Positions 17,932-26,631 of a DNA stretch of 64,000 bases are shown here, in pieces (the first letter of the stretch is position 1; the number at the start of each line of letters is the position of its first letter). The stretch lies in assembly GCA_049522255.1 (NCBI GenBank), contig JBEKOA010000001.1, forward strand, positions 4,216 through 68,215, read 5' to 3'. This DNA comes from Terracidiphilus sp. Its GTDB lineage: Bacteria > Acidobacteriota > Terriglobia > Terriglobales > Acidobacteriaceae. A program made the position numbers and the translations under genes. A model generated the notes under the pieces. The model saw only the letters and a program-made list of their open reading frames with translations. It was not told the DNA's origin and searched no databases.

Positions 17932-19611
17932 ATGCCAGGGGCGAATTTTGAAGGTCTACGGGTTCTGAGTCTGGAAGCACGCCGCGCGAATGAAGTTGCC
18001 AAGCTGATTCACACCTATGGTGGCGAGCCGCTTACGGCGCCGGCGATGCGGGAGATTCCTCTCGAAGAAAATCATCCGGTGATTGAATTCGCTCAGGCCC
18101 TGATGCGGGGAGCCTATGATCTGGTGATCTTCACAACCGGGGTGGGCGTCCGTTCTCTGGTCAAGATCGTCTCCGAGCGTCTGGATCGCGAGCAGTTTCT
18201 TGCTGCCCTGCGCGGCGTGAAGATTGCCGCCCGCGGTCCCAAGTCCTCCAGCGCGTTGCGGGAGTTGCAGATCCCCATCACGGTAGTTTCTCCAGAGCCA
18301 TTCACGTGGCGTGCTCTGATGCCGGCGCTTGAAGAGAAGCTGGGCCCAGAGATGGATGGCATGAACATCGCCGTGCAGGAGTACGGAACATCAAATCCAG
18401 AGTTGCTGACAGCGCTGGCAGAGAAGAGCATTTCAATTACCCGTCTTCTTGTCTATCAATGGGCATTGCCGGAAGACATTCAGCCCTTACGTGAAGCCGT
18501 GCTTGCTCTTGCGCATGGACACGTCGATATCGTGCTCTTCATGAATGCCGGGCAGGTCATGCATCTGTTTCTCATGGCCGAACGCATGGGCTACACAGAG
18601 GCGCTGCATGAAGGACTCCGCTCTACGCTGATCGCTTCGATTGGTCCCAGCACGACCGAAGGAATGTCTGCCTACGGACTGCACCCAGATTTTGAGCCAA
18701 CGCAATCGAAGATGGGCTTCCTGATCAACGAGCTGGCGCAACATGGGCGGTCTCTTTTGAATAAAAAACGCTCCGATGCAGCGTTACATGTTACCAGCAC
18801 TCCACCACCTCCCGTCAGTCCGCTGCTGCAGAGCGGCGCCCAGCCTATTGCAACGGTAGAGCCTGCCATCCCCTCGCCAGTCGATTTTCTGCACGAGATA
18901 GGCAGCCGCATGGCAGCCTCAGACCCGCTGCACACGGTGCTTGATCGCATAGTTGACTTTGCCTGTACAGTCATCAACTGCGATTCTTGTTTTGTCTACG
19001 TGCTGGAAGACAATCAGCTGGTTTTGCGCGCATCCAAAACCCCCCATGCGGATCTGGTGGACCATCTGGGAATCTGGCTTGGCCAAGGCATTACCGGGTG
19101 GGTTGGATGGCATCGCGAGCCGGTTGCGATCTCAGCGAATGCACTGCAGGATCCACGCTTCAAGCGCTTTCCAAATGTGCCGGAAGATGCGTTTGAGGCG
19201 TTTCTTTCCGTTCCAATTCTTTGTCGCGGGAAGCTGGTCGGAGTCATTAATTTGCAGCATCGCAGGCCCTATCAGCATGCAGAAAATGAAGTCCGGCTGC
19301 TGACGACGATCGGCCATCTGGTGGGCGCGGAGTTGGAGCGGGCGCGCCTGGAAACCGAAAACGTCCAACTCTCAGATCGCCTGGAATCGCGCAAACACAT
19401 TGAACGCGCCAAGGGAGTATTGCAGCGCGATTTCGCCCTGGATGAAGAGGCTGCCTACAAGGCCATGCAGCGGGAGAGCCGTCAGCGTCGCAAATCGATG
19501 CGCGAGATTGCCGAGGCAATTATTCTCAACGAAGATCTGCGCAAGAGCCGTTTGGGAGAAGCAAATAGACCGGCAGCGCATGAAGATGGTATAAGGAAAG
19601 CCAAGAATTGA
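17932..19611 (+). CDS. HemD(uroporphyrinogen-III synthase)-like, GAF and ANTAR three-domain fusion
   Basis: N-terminal HemD pattern (IFTTGVGV, ARGPK, VQEYG, SIGPST); GAF (DSCFVYV..LVLRAS..GITGWV..AFLSVPI..GVINL); ANTAR (RKHIERAKGVL..EEAAY..MQRESR); GGAG RBS. Confidence 0.88.
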   Translation: MPGANFEGLRVLSLEARRANEVAKLIHTYGGEPLTAPAMREIPLEENHPVIEFAQALMRGAYDLVIFTTGVGVRSLVKIVSERLDREQFLAALRGVKIAARGPKSSSALRELQIPITVVSPEPFTWRALMPALEEKLGPEMDGMNIAVQEYGTSNPELLTALAEKSISITRLLVYQWALPEDIQPLREAVLALAHGHVDIVLFMNAGQVMHLFLMAERMGYTEALHEGLRSTLIASIGPSTTEGMSAYGLHPDFEPTQSKMGFLINELAQHGRSLLNKKRSDAALHVTSTPPPPVSPLLQSGAQPIATVEPAIPSPVDFLHEIGSRMAASDPLHTVLDRIVDFACTVINCDSCFVYVLEDNQLVLRASKTPHADLVDHLGIWLGQGITGWVGWHREPVAISANALQDPRFKRFPNVPEDAFEAFLSVPILCRGKLVGVINLQHRRPYQHAENEVRLLTTIGHLVGAELERARLETENVQLSDRLESRKHIERAKGVLQRDFALDEEAAYKAMQRESRQRRKSMREIAEAIILNEDLRKSRLGEANRPAAHEDGIRKAKN

Positions 19612-19622
19612 TCGCAACTTGC

Positions 19623-19718
19623 TTGTGATCTCTATCGAGTTGCGCTAGTCTAACCCTAAGAGTGAGACAAGGCTGTCTCCTCGGGTTCTCTCTTCCCCGC
19701 ACCACGCCGTGCCTGGGG
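19623..19718 (+). promoter_or_regulatory. Putative sigma70 promoter and candidate ANTAR-type tandem hairpins in the nirA leader
   Basis: TTGTGA-N17-TAGTCT (19623-19651); GAGAC-AAGGCT-GTCTC (19664-19679); GCAC-CACGCC-GTGC (19699-19712). Confidence 0.5.
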
Positions 19719-19886
19719 CCTTCAGACCACAATCCCTTTACTCCATGCTCCGTGATGAGCCTTGAATTCTCCGCATTGTTTGCGGCATTCATCGGGTCTC
19801 AACGCCGCTTTGCGCACGCGCACACAAGCGCTTTCAACGGGCAGTCCGGTCCTCCTCATGGATGGACTACTGGAAGGAGTGATGGC

Positions 19887-21665
19887 ATGGAAACGCTGGA
19901 TACCCTCAATTCCCAGGATTTCACGGCAGTACAGAAGGAGTATCTTCTCGGCATCTTTTCGACTGCCACGCATCATGGCTTGCGTCCTTTCGCGGGCCAC
20001 ACCGCGACCGGGCTGCTGACCAACGATTCAACTCTTGGCTCGATCAATCTGGCGGAACCGCAAGAGGAGACCTACCACGGAACGCCAGTCTCCGATCTCT
20101 GCCGCGAAGAGCGATGGAAGTATGAGCAGAATCCTCTTGATATCTGGGACAAGCTGCTGGCTCATGCAGATGAAAATCGAACACCGGCAGCGGATGATCT
20201 TTTCCGCTTCAAATTTCACGGGCTATTTTACGTAGCTCCCGCGCAGGACTCCTTCATGCTCAGGCTGCGCGTCCCAGGCGGCATTCTTACCGCTCACCAA
20301 ATGCGCGGCCTGGCGGCGATGGCCTCCGATTGGGGATCGGGCCGCGTGGACATTACGACCCGTGCCAACCTGCAGATTCGCGAATTCCAGCCGAAAGAAA
20401 TTGTTCGCGTGCTCAACAAGCTGCAATCGCTTGGGCTTACCTCGCGCGGTTCAGGCGCAGACAATATTCGTAACATCACGGCTTCGCCGATCACCGGACT
20501 CGATCCCACTGAACTCTGCGATGTGGCGCCGCTGGCCGATGCGCTTCACCATTACATTCTGAATAGCCGCGATCTGTATGGGTTGCCGCGCAAATTCAAC
20601 GTAGCCTTCGACAATGGAGGCGCCATCAGCGTCGTTGCCGATACCAACGATATTGGCTTTGTTGCTGTCCGCGTTGGTGAAGGGCGCAGCCTTCCCACGG
20701 GCGTTTATTTTCGAGTATTGTTGTGCGGCATTACTGGGCACAAACAGTTCGCTACCGATTGCGGCTTGCTGTTACGCGCCGATCAGACCGTGGCTGTTGC
20801 CGCTGCCATGATACGTGTCTTCAGCGAGAACGGCGACCGAACGGATCGCAAAAAAGCGCGCCTGAAATACCTGGTGGATCGCTGGGGCGTCGACAAGTTT
20901 CTGGATGAGACTGAAATGCGTTTGTCCTTCCCGCTGATCCGCGTTCCGATCAATGAGTGCGAGCCGCGCCTGCCGATTGATCGCGCCGGCCACATCGGTG
21001 TTCACGCGCAACGTCAAGACGATCTGCACTATATTGGGATCTCCGTGCCGGTTGGCCGTCTTCCTGCCGCGCAGATGCTGGCCCTGGCTGACATAGCCAG
21101 CAGTTACGGCAGCGGGGAGTTGCGACTCACGGTCTGGCAGAACCTGTTGATCCCAAACATTCCAACCGCTCATCTGGATGCGACGTTGGCTGCGCTTCAA
21201 GCTGTCGGTCTTGATTGCACGGCAGGGACTGTTCTGCGAGGCACTGTTGCCTGCACAGGAAATCGCGGCTGCAAGTATGCATCGACCGACACCAAGACAC
21301 ACGCGGTTGAATTGGCCAGTCTGCTTGATGCACGATTCAAGATTGAACAGCCGGTCAATCTTCATGTGACCGGTTGTCCCCACTCCTGCGCACAACATTA
21401 CATCGGCGATATCGGCCTGCTCGGCATGAAGGTTGGCGGCGCCGAAGGCTATCAAGTGGTAATCGGTGGAGGCTCGGATCTGGACAAAGGCCTGGCGCGC
21501 GAGCTAATCCCTGCTATCGCCTATAGTGATTTGCCCCCCATGATGGAACGGCTCTTTGCCGCCTATATCGAACAGCGGAAGAGAGATGAGTCCTTCCTGG
21601 ATTTCAGCCGTAGACACAGCACTGCGGAGTTGCAATCGTTTTGCGCGGCAAAGGAGCGGAGATAG
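19887..21665 (+). CDS. nirA: Siroheme-[4Fe-4S] nitrite reductase, NirA family
   Basis: FKFHGLF, MLRLRVPGG, ITTRANLQIR, GADNIRN, LPRKFN, ACTG..GC, TGCPHSCAQH; GAAGGAG RBS. Confidence 0.88.
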   Translation: METLDTLNSQDFTAVQKEYLLGIFSTATHHGLRPFAGHTATGLLTNDSTLGSINLAEPQEETYHGTPVSDLCREERWKYEQNPLDIWDKLLAHADENRTPAADDLFRFKFHGLFYVAPAQDSFMLRLRVPGGILTAHQMRGLAAMASDWGSGRVDITTRANLQIREFQPKEIVRVLNKLQSLGLTSRGSGADNIRNITASPITGLDPTELCDVAPLADALHHYILNSRDLYGLPRKFNVAFDNGGAISVVADTNDIGFVAVRVGEGRSLPTGVYFRVLLCGITGHKQFATDCGLLLRADQTVAVAAAMIRVFSENGDRTDRKKARLKYLVDRWGVDKFLDETEMRLSFPLIRVPINECEPRLPIDRAGHIGVHAQRQDDLHYIGISVPVGRLPAAQMLALADIASSYGSGELRLTVWQNLLIPNIPTAHLDATLAALQAVGLDCTAGTVLRGTVACTGNRGCKYASTDTKTHAVELASLLDARFKIEQPVNLHVTGCPHSCAQHYIGDIGLLGMKVGGAEGYQVVIGGGSDLDKGLARELIPAIAYSDLPPMMERLFAAYIEQRKRDESFLDFSRRHSTAELQSFCAAKERR

Positions 21666-21667
21666 CT

Positions 21668-23440
21668 ATGTCCACCAACCCTCCCTATATTCCCGATAAT
21701 GCTCCCTTCACACCAGAACAGCGAGCGTGGCTCAACGGCTTTCTTGCCGGACTGTTTGCAGGCGATGGTCAGCAGGCTGCCGCTGCGGAGTCCAAACCAT
21801 CGCATCGCATTGCGATTCTTTATGCCTCGCAATCCGGCACTGCCGAAGGGCTGGCGCGCAGGCTGGCCAAGGAACTTAAGGCTCAGGGCCATCAGCCAGT
21901 GGTCTCAACATTGGTCGGCTATTCGCCGGCCGCGCTGGCGTCGGAGAAATATGCACTGATCTTTGCCAGCACTTATGGCGATGGTGAAGCTCCCGATGGC
22001 GTTCAGCCATTTTTTGAAGAACTCTGTCTTGAGCACTTTCCTCGCTTCGAGGGATTGTCTTACTCCGTCTTCGCGCTCGGAGATCGCCACTACGAAAACT
22101 TCTGCAAGTTTGGCAACGATCTTGACAGCAAACTGGCTGCATTGGGTGCCAATCGCCTGGCCAATCGTGTCGATTGCGATGTGGATGTCGATGAGCCGTT
22201 AGTGCAATGGAAAGCGGAAGTTCTTCCGCGGCTTAATGAATCGGCGCCAGCACTCAAGCTTTCAAGGGCCGCTTCAACCGCCGTGGCAGTGGCGGAAAGG
22301 CCAGCGCCAAATGCCTCGTTTACGCGCGATAATCCGGTCTTTGCTCCGCTGATTCACAAAAAAGATCTTACGCACAAGACCTCCAGCAAGACGACACTTC
22401 ATCTGGCATTCTCCATTGAGGGAACGGGTATTCAGTATGAATCCGGCGACGCCTGCGGTGTTCTGCCCGCAAACGATTGCAACCTGGTCGCCGAGATCCT
22501 GCAAGCTCTACGCTTCAACGGCAACGAGCGGGTTCAATGCGGTAAGGCAGAAACCATTCCTCTTCACAATGCGTTAACTCACCATCTGCAAATCACCCGC
22601 CTGAATCGCAAGATGGTCACTGAATATGCAAACCTGGGCAAGTGCGCGCTGCTCTCTTCGCTGCTGGAACCCAGGCAGCAGCCGGAACTGGACAGATACC
22701 TCTACGGCCGAGGACTGATTGACCTGTTGATCGAGTATCCTGGCGTGGTGCAGAGCCCGGAAGAACTTGTGGCAATGCTGCCCAAACTTACGCCGCGTCT
22801 CTATTCCATATCCTCCAGCCCCATTGCTCATGCCGGGCAAATTCATACCACAGTGGCCGTGGTGCGCTACAGCGCGCACAACCGTGAGCGCGGAGGAGTG
22901 TGCTCGACGCTCTTTGCCGATCGCGCTTCCGTCTCTGACCGTTTGCCTCTTTACATTCAACCGAACAAGCGGTTCAAATTGCCAAATGATTCCGACGCCC
23001 CCATGATCATGATTGGACCCGGCACGGGCATTGCGCCGTTCCGTGGCTTTCTGCACGAGCGCCGCGCACTGGGGGCCAAGGGAAAAAACTGGCTCTTCTT
23101 TGGTGAGCGCAGCGCAACAACCGATTACCTTTATCGGGACGAGTTGGAGGCCATGCAGGCCGATGGGCATCTGACCCGCTTGGATACTGCTTTCTCGCGC
23201 GATCAGGAAGATAAGATCTACGTGCAGGATCGTATGCTGGAGCAGGCTCCGTTGTTTTGGAGTTGGTTGCAGGATGGGGCTAGTGTTTACGTCTGCGGTG
23301 ACGCGTCACGAATGGCGAAGGATGTGCATGGAGCCTTGCAAACCATTGTTCAAACGCAAGGGGGAATGCCGGCGATTGCTGCGGAGGAATATGTGGAAAC
23401 CCTGAAAGAGCAGCATCGCTACCATCGGGATGTGTACTGA
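21668..23440 (+). CDS. CysJ-like diflavin (FMN/FAD/NADPH) reductase
   Basis: YASQSGTAE, STYGDGEAP, ALGD..Y..FC, PRLYSISSS, MIGPGTGIAPFRGF, YVQD, YVCGDA, YHRDVY. Confidence 0.9.
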   Translation: MSTNPPYIPDNAPFTPEQRAWLNGFLAGLFAGDGQQAAAAESKPSHRIAILYASQSGTAEGLARRLAKELKAQGHQPVVSTLVGYSPAALASEKYALIFASTYGDGEAPDGVQPFFEELCLEHFPRFEGLSYSVFALGDRHYENFCKFGNDLDSKLAALGANRLANRVDCDVDVDEPLVQWKAEVLPRLNESAPALKLSRAASTAVAVAERPAPNASFTRDNPVFAPLIHKKDLTHKTSSKTTLHLAFSIEGTGIQYESGDACGVLPANDCNLVAEILQALRFNGNERVQCGKAETIPLHNALTHHLQITRLNRKMVTEYANLGKCALLSSLLEPRQQPELDRYLYGRGLIDLLIEYPGVVQSPEELVAMLPKLTPRLYSISSSPIAHAGQIHTTVAVVRYSAHNRERGGVCSTLFADRASVSDRLPLYIQPNKRFKLPNDSDAPMIMIGPGTGIAPFRGFLHERRALGAKGKNWLFFGERSATTDYLYRDELEAMQADGHLTRLDTAFSRDQEDKIYVQDRMLEQAPLFWSWLQDGASVYVCGDASRMAKDVHGALQTIVQTQGGMPAIAAEEYVETLKEQHRYHRDVY

Positions 23441-23500
23441 GCCGCAATGGCATCTTTCTTGTATCTGTCATTCCTATTAAAATCAAAACCGGGATGCAGG

Positions 23501-24004
23501 ATGAGAGTCTGCAAGCTATACATTTCGCCAGGGCATAATTTCTTTGGCCACCACGAACAGCCGCCCGGAGAGTATCCGCTGATCGAGTGTGCGGAGCTCC
23601 GTTGTATGGCCGGTCGCGGAGTTGAAGGAGACCGCTTCTTCGACTACAAGGACAACTACAAGGGACAGATCACTTTCTTCTCTTCCGAGGTCTTCGAGGA
23701 ACTCTGTAATCTTCTCGGCGTGCACGACAAGTCTCCGGGGGCAACCCGTCGCAACGTCATCACCGCTGGAGTGGATCTGAATTCCCTGATCGAAAGAGAG
23801 TTTGACGTACAAGGCGTGCGTTTTTCAGGTGTAGCTGAGTGCAGCCCCTGTTATTGGATGGACAAAGCCATCGCACCCGGCGCCGAGGAATTCCTGAAAG
23901 GCCGGGGTGGGTTGCGCGCGCGGATTCTAACGGATGGGGTCCTCGTAGTCGAAGATGAAATTCTCTATCGCCATTCTGCAGATTCTCAGTGTCCCCTACT
24001 TTAA
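23501..24004 (+). CDS. MOSC-domain molybdoprotein (YiiM/mARC-like)
   Basis: GRGVEGDRF, QITFF, TRRNVI..GVDLN, CSPC, GRGGLRARIL..G. Confidence 0.85.
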   Translation: MRVCKLYISPGHNFFGHHEQPPGEYPLIECAELRCMAGRGVEGDRFFDYKDNYKGQITFFSSEVFEELCNLLGVHDKSPGATRRNVITAGVDLNSLIEREFDVQGVRFSGVAECSPCYWMDKAIAPGAEEFLKGRGGLRARILTDGVLVVEDEILYRHSADSQCPLL

Positions 24005-24196
24005 GTTGTTGCATGCGGCTCGAAGCTGCGGAGATTCCTTAACCTCGAAAGCTAATAAGGGACAAGTAACGCCCATCTGCTATCTACAGATCACTTGCGT
24101 TGGCCACTGGTAATGGAACTGCCGGTGAACAGAATGAAGGCACAAGACCCCATGTCGCGGCTTAGCCCCACCCTGGAGTCTGGCGGAGATCAATGC

Positions 24197-24212
24197 AGGG
24201 ACTTTTGTCACT
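24197..24212. promoter_or_regulatory. Copy 1 of a 16-bp CRP/FNR-like operator (AGGGAC-TTTT-GTCACT)
   Basis: Near-identical to 27193 and 31566; centred ~-42 from a TAGACT -10 candidate at 24235. Confidence 0.6.
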
Positions 24213-24380
24213 GAAAGGAGATTGACTGCCGATTTAGACTTGGTGAGTGCGTCCTTCCAGTCGTGTCCTGTTGAGGCACACCGGCCGTTAGGCCTGATAC
24301 AGTTGCCCTTGTGTTGCTTTGTCGGGAGATCTGAACCGCAAGAAGGCTTACACATCAAGTTCTCCCCAGGGGGCGTGTCC

Positions 24381-25616
24381 ATGTCGTTTCGTTCTGTGTT
24401 TGTGGCCGTCGTCATTGCGTTTGCTCTCATACTTTCCGCCTTCCTTGTCAATCGAGCCCGCCCCAAGGTAGAGACCGACCAGCCTACCGCCGACTTTGTT
24501 CGCGCGTCCGGCAAGTGTGCCGAGTGCCATGCCCGGCTTCAATACTCCGTCGTTCACGAATACGAGATGTCCGTACATGCGAAGAAAGGCGTGAATTGCC
24601 TGGACTGTCACGAACCCGGCCCCGGCCAGCAGAAGGTGGATCACCACGGCTTCGTGATCAGTACTCACTTGACGGCAGGCAACTGCCGCTCCTGTCACGA
24701 AGGCATCTATCAGGAGTTTCTGCGCAGCCGTCACGCCGCGCCCAGTTGGGCGGCCGTGCATGGCGAAGCGGGATTGAGTGCGGAGCAGGTTGCCTTCAGC
24801 GAGCAGTTCCAGCCCGGGGGAACGAAGCGTCCGCCCAACCCACTTACGGTTCCTGAGGGGCATCCAGCAATCACTTCGGGTTGCGAACAGTGCCACGCCA
24901 TTGGCAAGCCGAACGACGACGGCACGATTGGCAGTTGCACCGAATGCCACTCGCGCCACAGCAACTCTGTTGCTCTCGCCCGCCTGCCCACCACCTGCGG
25001 CCAGTGCCATATGGGGCCCGACCACTCCCAGGTTGAGATCTATAACGAGTCAAAGCACGGCGTGATGTTCGCCGCCCAAAGCAACCTTCTTCGGCTCGAC
25101 GCCGATCCTCGCACGTTGACGACTCGCGACATGTTCGTGCCAACCTGCGCGACCTGCCATATGAGCGGCATCAACGGCCTGAAGGTTACTCACAATCCGT
25201 CCGATCGACTCGGCTGGTATCTCGCCGACGCTGTCACGACCCATCGTCCAAACTACCTTCAGGCCCAGATCAATATGAAGCAGGTCTGCACCCAATGCCA
25301 CACCCCGGCGCGTATCGACCGAGTCTACGACCAGGGTGAAGAGGTCATCAAGGGCACAAACGCCAAGGTTCTTGCCGCCAAGGACATCATGGATGGATTG
25401 CACAAAGACGGAACCCTGACGGGCCCTCCGTTTAGCCACCCGATTGACTTTACCTACTTCAATCTGTGGCACTACGACGGCCGCACCAGCAAGCACGGAG
25501 CCTTCATGGGAGGCGCCGACTTCGTCCAATGGCACGGCAATTACGAAATGCTGTCGAAGACCGTCGAACTTCAGCACGACGCCGACGAACTACGGAGAGA
25601 GCATGCTCACAAGTAA
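24381..25616 (+). CDS. Membrane-anchored octaheme c-type cytochrome, hydroxylamine-oxidoreductase (HAO) family, reductive type
   Basis: 8 CxxCH (CAECH, CLDCH, CRSCH, CEQCH, CTECH, CGQCH, CATCH, CTQCH); HMGPDHSQ.EIY.ESKHG and DGR..HGAFMGGADFVQWHG HAO signatures; N-terminal TM. Confidence 0.85.
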   Translation: MSFRSVFVAVVIAFALILSAFLVNRARPKVETDQPTADFVRASGKCAECHARLQYSVVHEYEMSVHAKKGVNCLDCHEPGPGQQKVDHHGFVISTHLTAGNCRSCHEGIYQEFLRSRHAAPSWAAVHGEAGLSAEQVAFSEQFQPGGTKRPPNPLTVPEGHPAITSGCEQCHAIGKPNDDGTIGSCTECHSRHSNSVALARLPTTCGQCHMGPDHSQVEIYNESKHGVMFAAQSNLLRLDADPRTLTTRDMFVPTCATCHMSGINGLKVTHNPSDRLGWYLADAVTTHRPNYLQAQINMKQVCTQCHTPARIDRVYDQGEEVIKGTNAKVLAAKDIMDGLHKDGTLTGPPFSHPIDFTYFNLWHYDGRTSKHGAFMGGADFVQWHGNYEMLSKTVELQHDADELRREHAHK

Positions 25617-26547
25617 ACTGCTCCTTCGCATTCAGAAGATCATTCTCGACCCGCGCCTGCTGTGGGTGCACGATCTCACGCTTTGGGTCGAGCTGTTTGT
25701 CACCGTGAATCTGGCGATTCTTGCCGCGGACATTTACCTCGCACATTCGGTGAATCATTTTCAAAAGGCGGCGGAGTATATCCCGCTCTACTTTTCAATG
25801 GGCTCGCCGGTAGTGCTCGCGGCCGTGATCGCCCTGCGCTGGATAGGTCGATTTGAAGCTCCTTGGCGCGACGTAGGCTACCTGGTCGGTGGTCTTTCAG
25901 TGCTGGTCGGGTTAGGCGGAGTGCTTTACCACTTGGAGAGCCGGTTCTTTCTGGATCGCACGTTGAAGAGCCTCACCTACGCAGCGCCTTTTGCCGCGCC
26001 GCTCGCGTATACCGGCCTCGGCTTTCTCCTCTTGATGAATCGCATGGTGGCTGCGCGAAGTGCCGAGTGGGCACGTTGGGTGATCCTCCTGGCGCTGGGC
26101 GGCTTCTTCGGGAACTTCGTTCTGTCGTTGACCGACCACGCATCCAATGGCTTCTTTGCAAGAACCGAATGGATTCCCGTTGTTTCTTCGGCATTTGCTA
26201 CCGGATTCCTGATCGTCCTCCTCATGGCGGTGGTGACGCGCCGATTTCTCGACGCTTGCCTTGTGGTAATGTTCGCGCAGGCCTTCGTCGGTGTTTTGGG
26301 ATTCTGGTTTCATCTGCGCGCGAATCTGTTCGAGCCCGGCAGCAGCGTCTTCGACAAACTCGTCAATGGCGCTCCCCCAATGGCTCCGCTGCTATTTCCG
26401 AATCTCGTTGGACTGGCTCTGATCGGACTGTGGGCTTTGATTCCTCATTTACCGGAAGCGCCATCAAGCCGTTCCTGGCTGGGTGCAACTTACGCGTGGG
26501 TGCATCCCGGAGTGGAAACGGGTGCGTCAGATGGGCACGTTCGCTGA
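25603..26547 (+). CDS. Integral membrane protein with internal duplication and 4 conserved His; probable HAO partner
   Basis: Overlaps the hao stop; two halves each with H..N.F...E.IP, VG..G..(Y/F)HL and AP..AP. Confidence 0.75.
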   Translation: MLTSKLLLRIQKIILDPRLLWVHDLTLWVELFVTVNLAILAADIYLAHSVNHFQKAAEYIPLYFSMGSPVVLAAVIALRWIGRFEAPWRDVGYLVGGLSVLVGLGGVLYHLESRFFLDRTLKSLTYAAPFAAPLAYTGLGFLLLMNRMVAARSAEWARWVILLALGGFFGNFVLSLTDHASNGFFARTEWIPVVSSAFATGFLIVLLMAVVTRRFLDACLVVMFAQAFVGVLGFWFHLRANLFEPGSSVFDKLVNGAPPMAPLLFPNLVGLALIGLWALIPHLPEAPSSRSWLGATYAWVHPGVETGASDGHVR

Positions 26548-26631
26548 TCAGGCATTTCCATTGGCGCTTACTCGCATTCAACTTGCAGCCTGGAGATGTT
26601 CGACGCTGGAGCGTCGTGACCAGGCAGAAAC

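Noticed and set aside
24381-25616. Oxidative HAO indicating ammonia oxidation
   Set aside because: Trp rather than Tyr appears at the cross-link region by eye, the protein is short, and there are no amo or cycAB genes.
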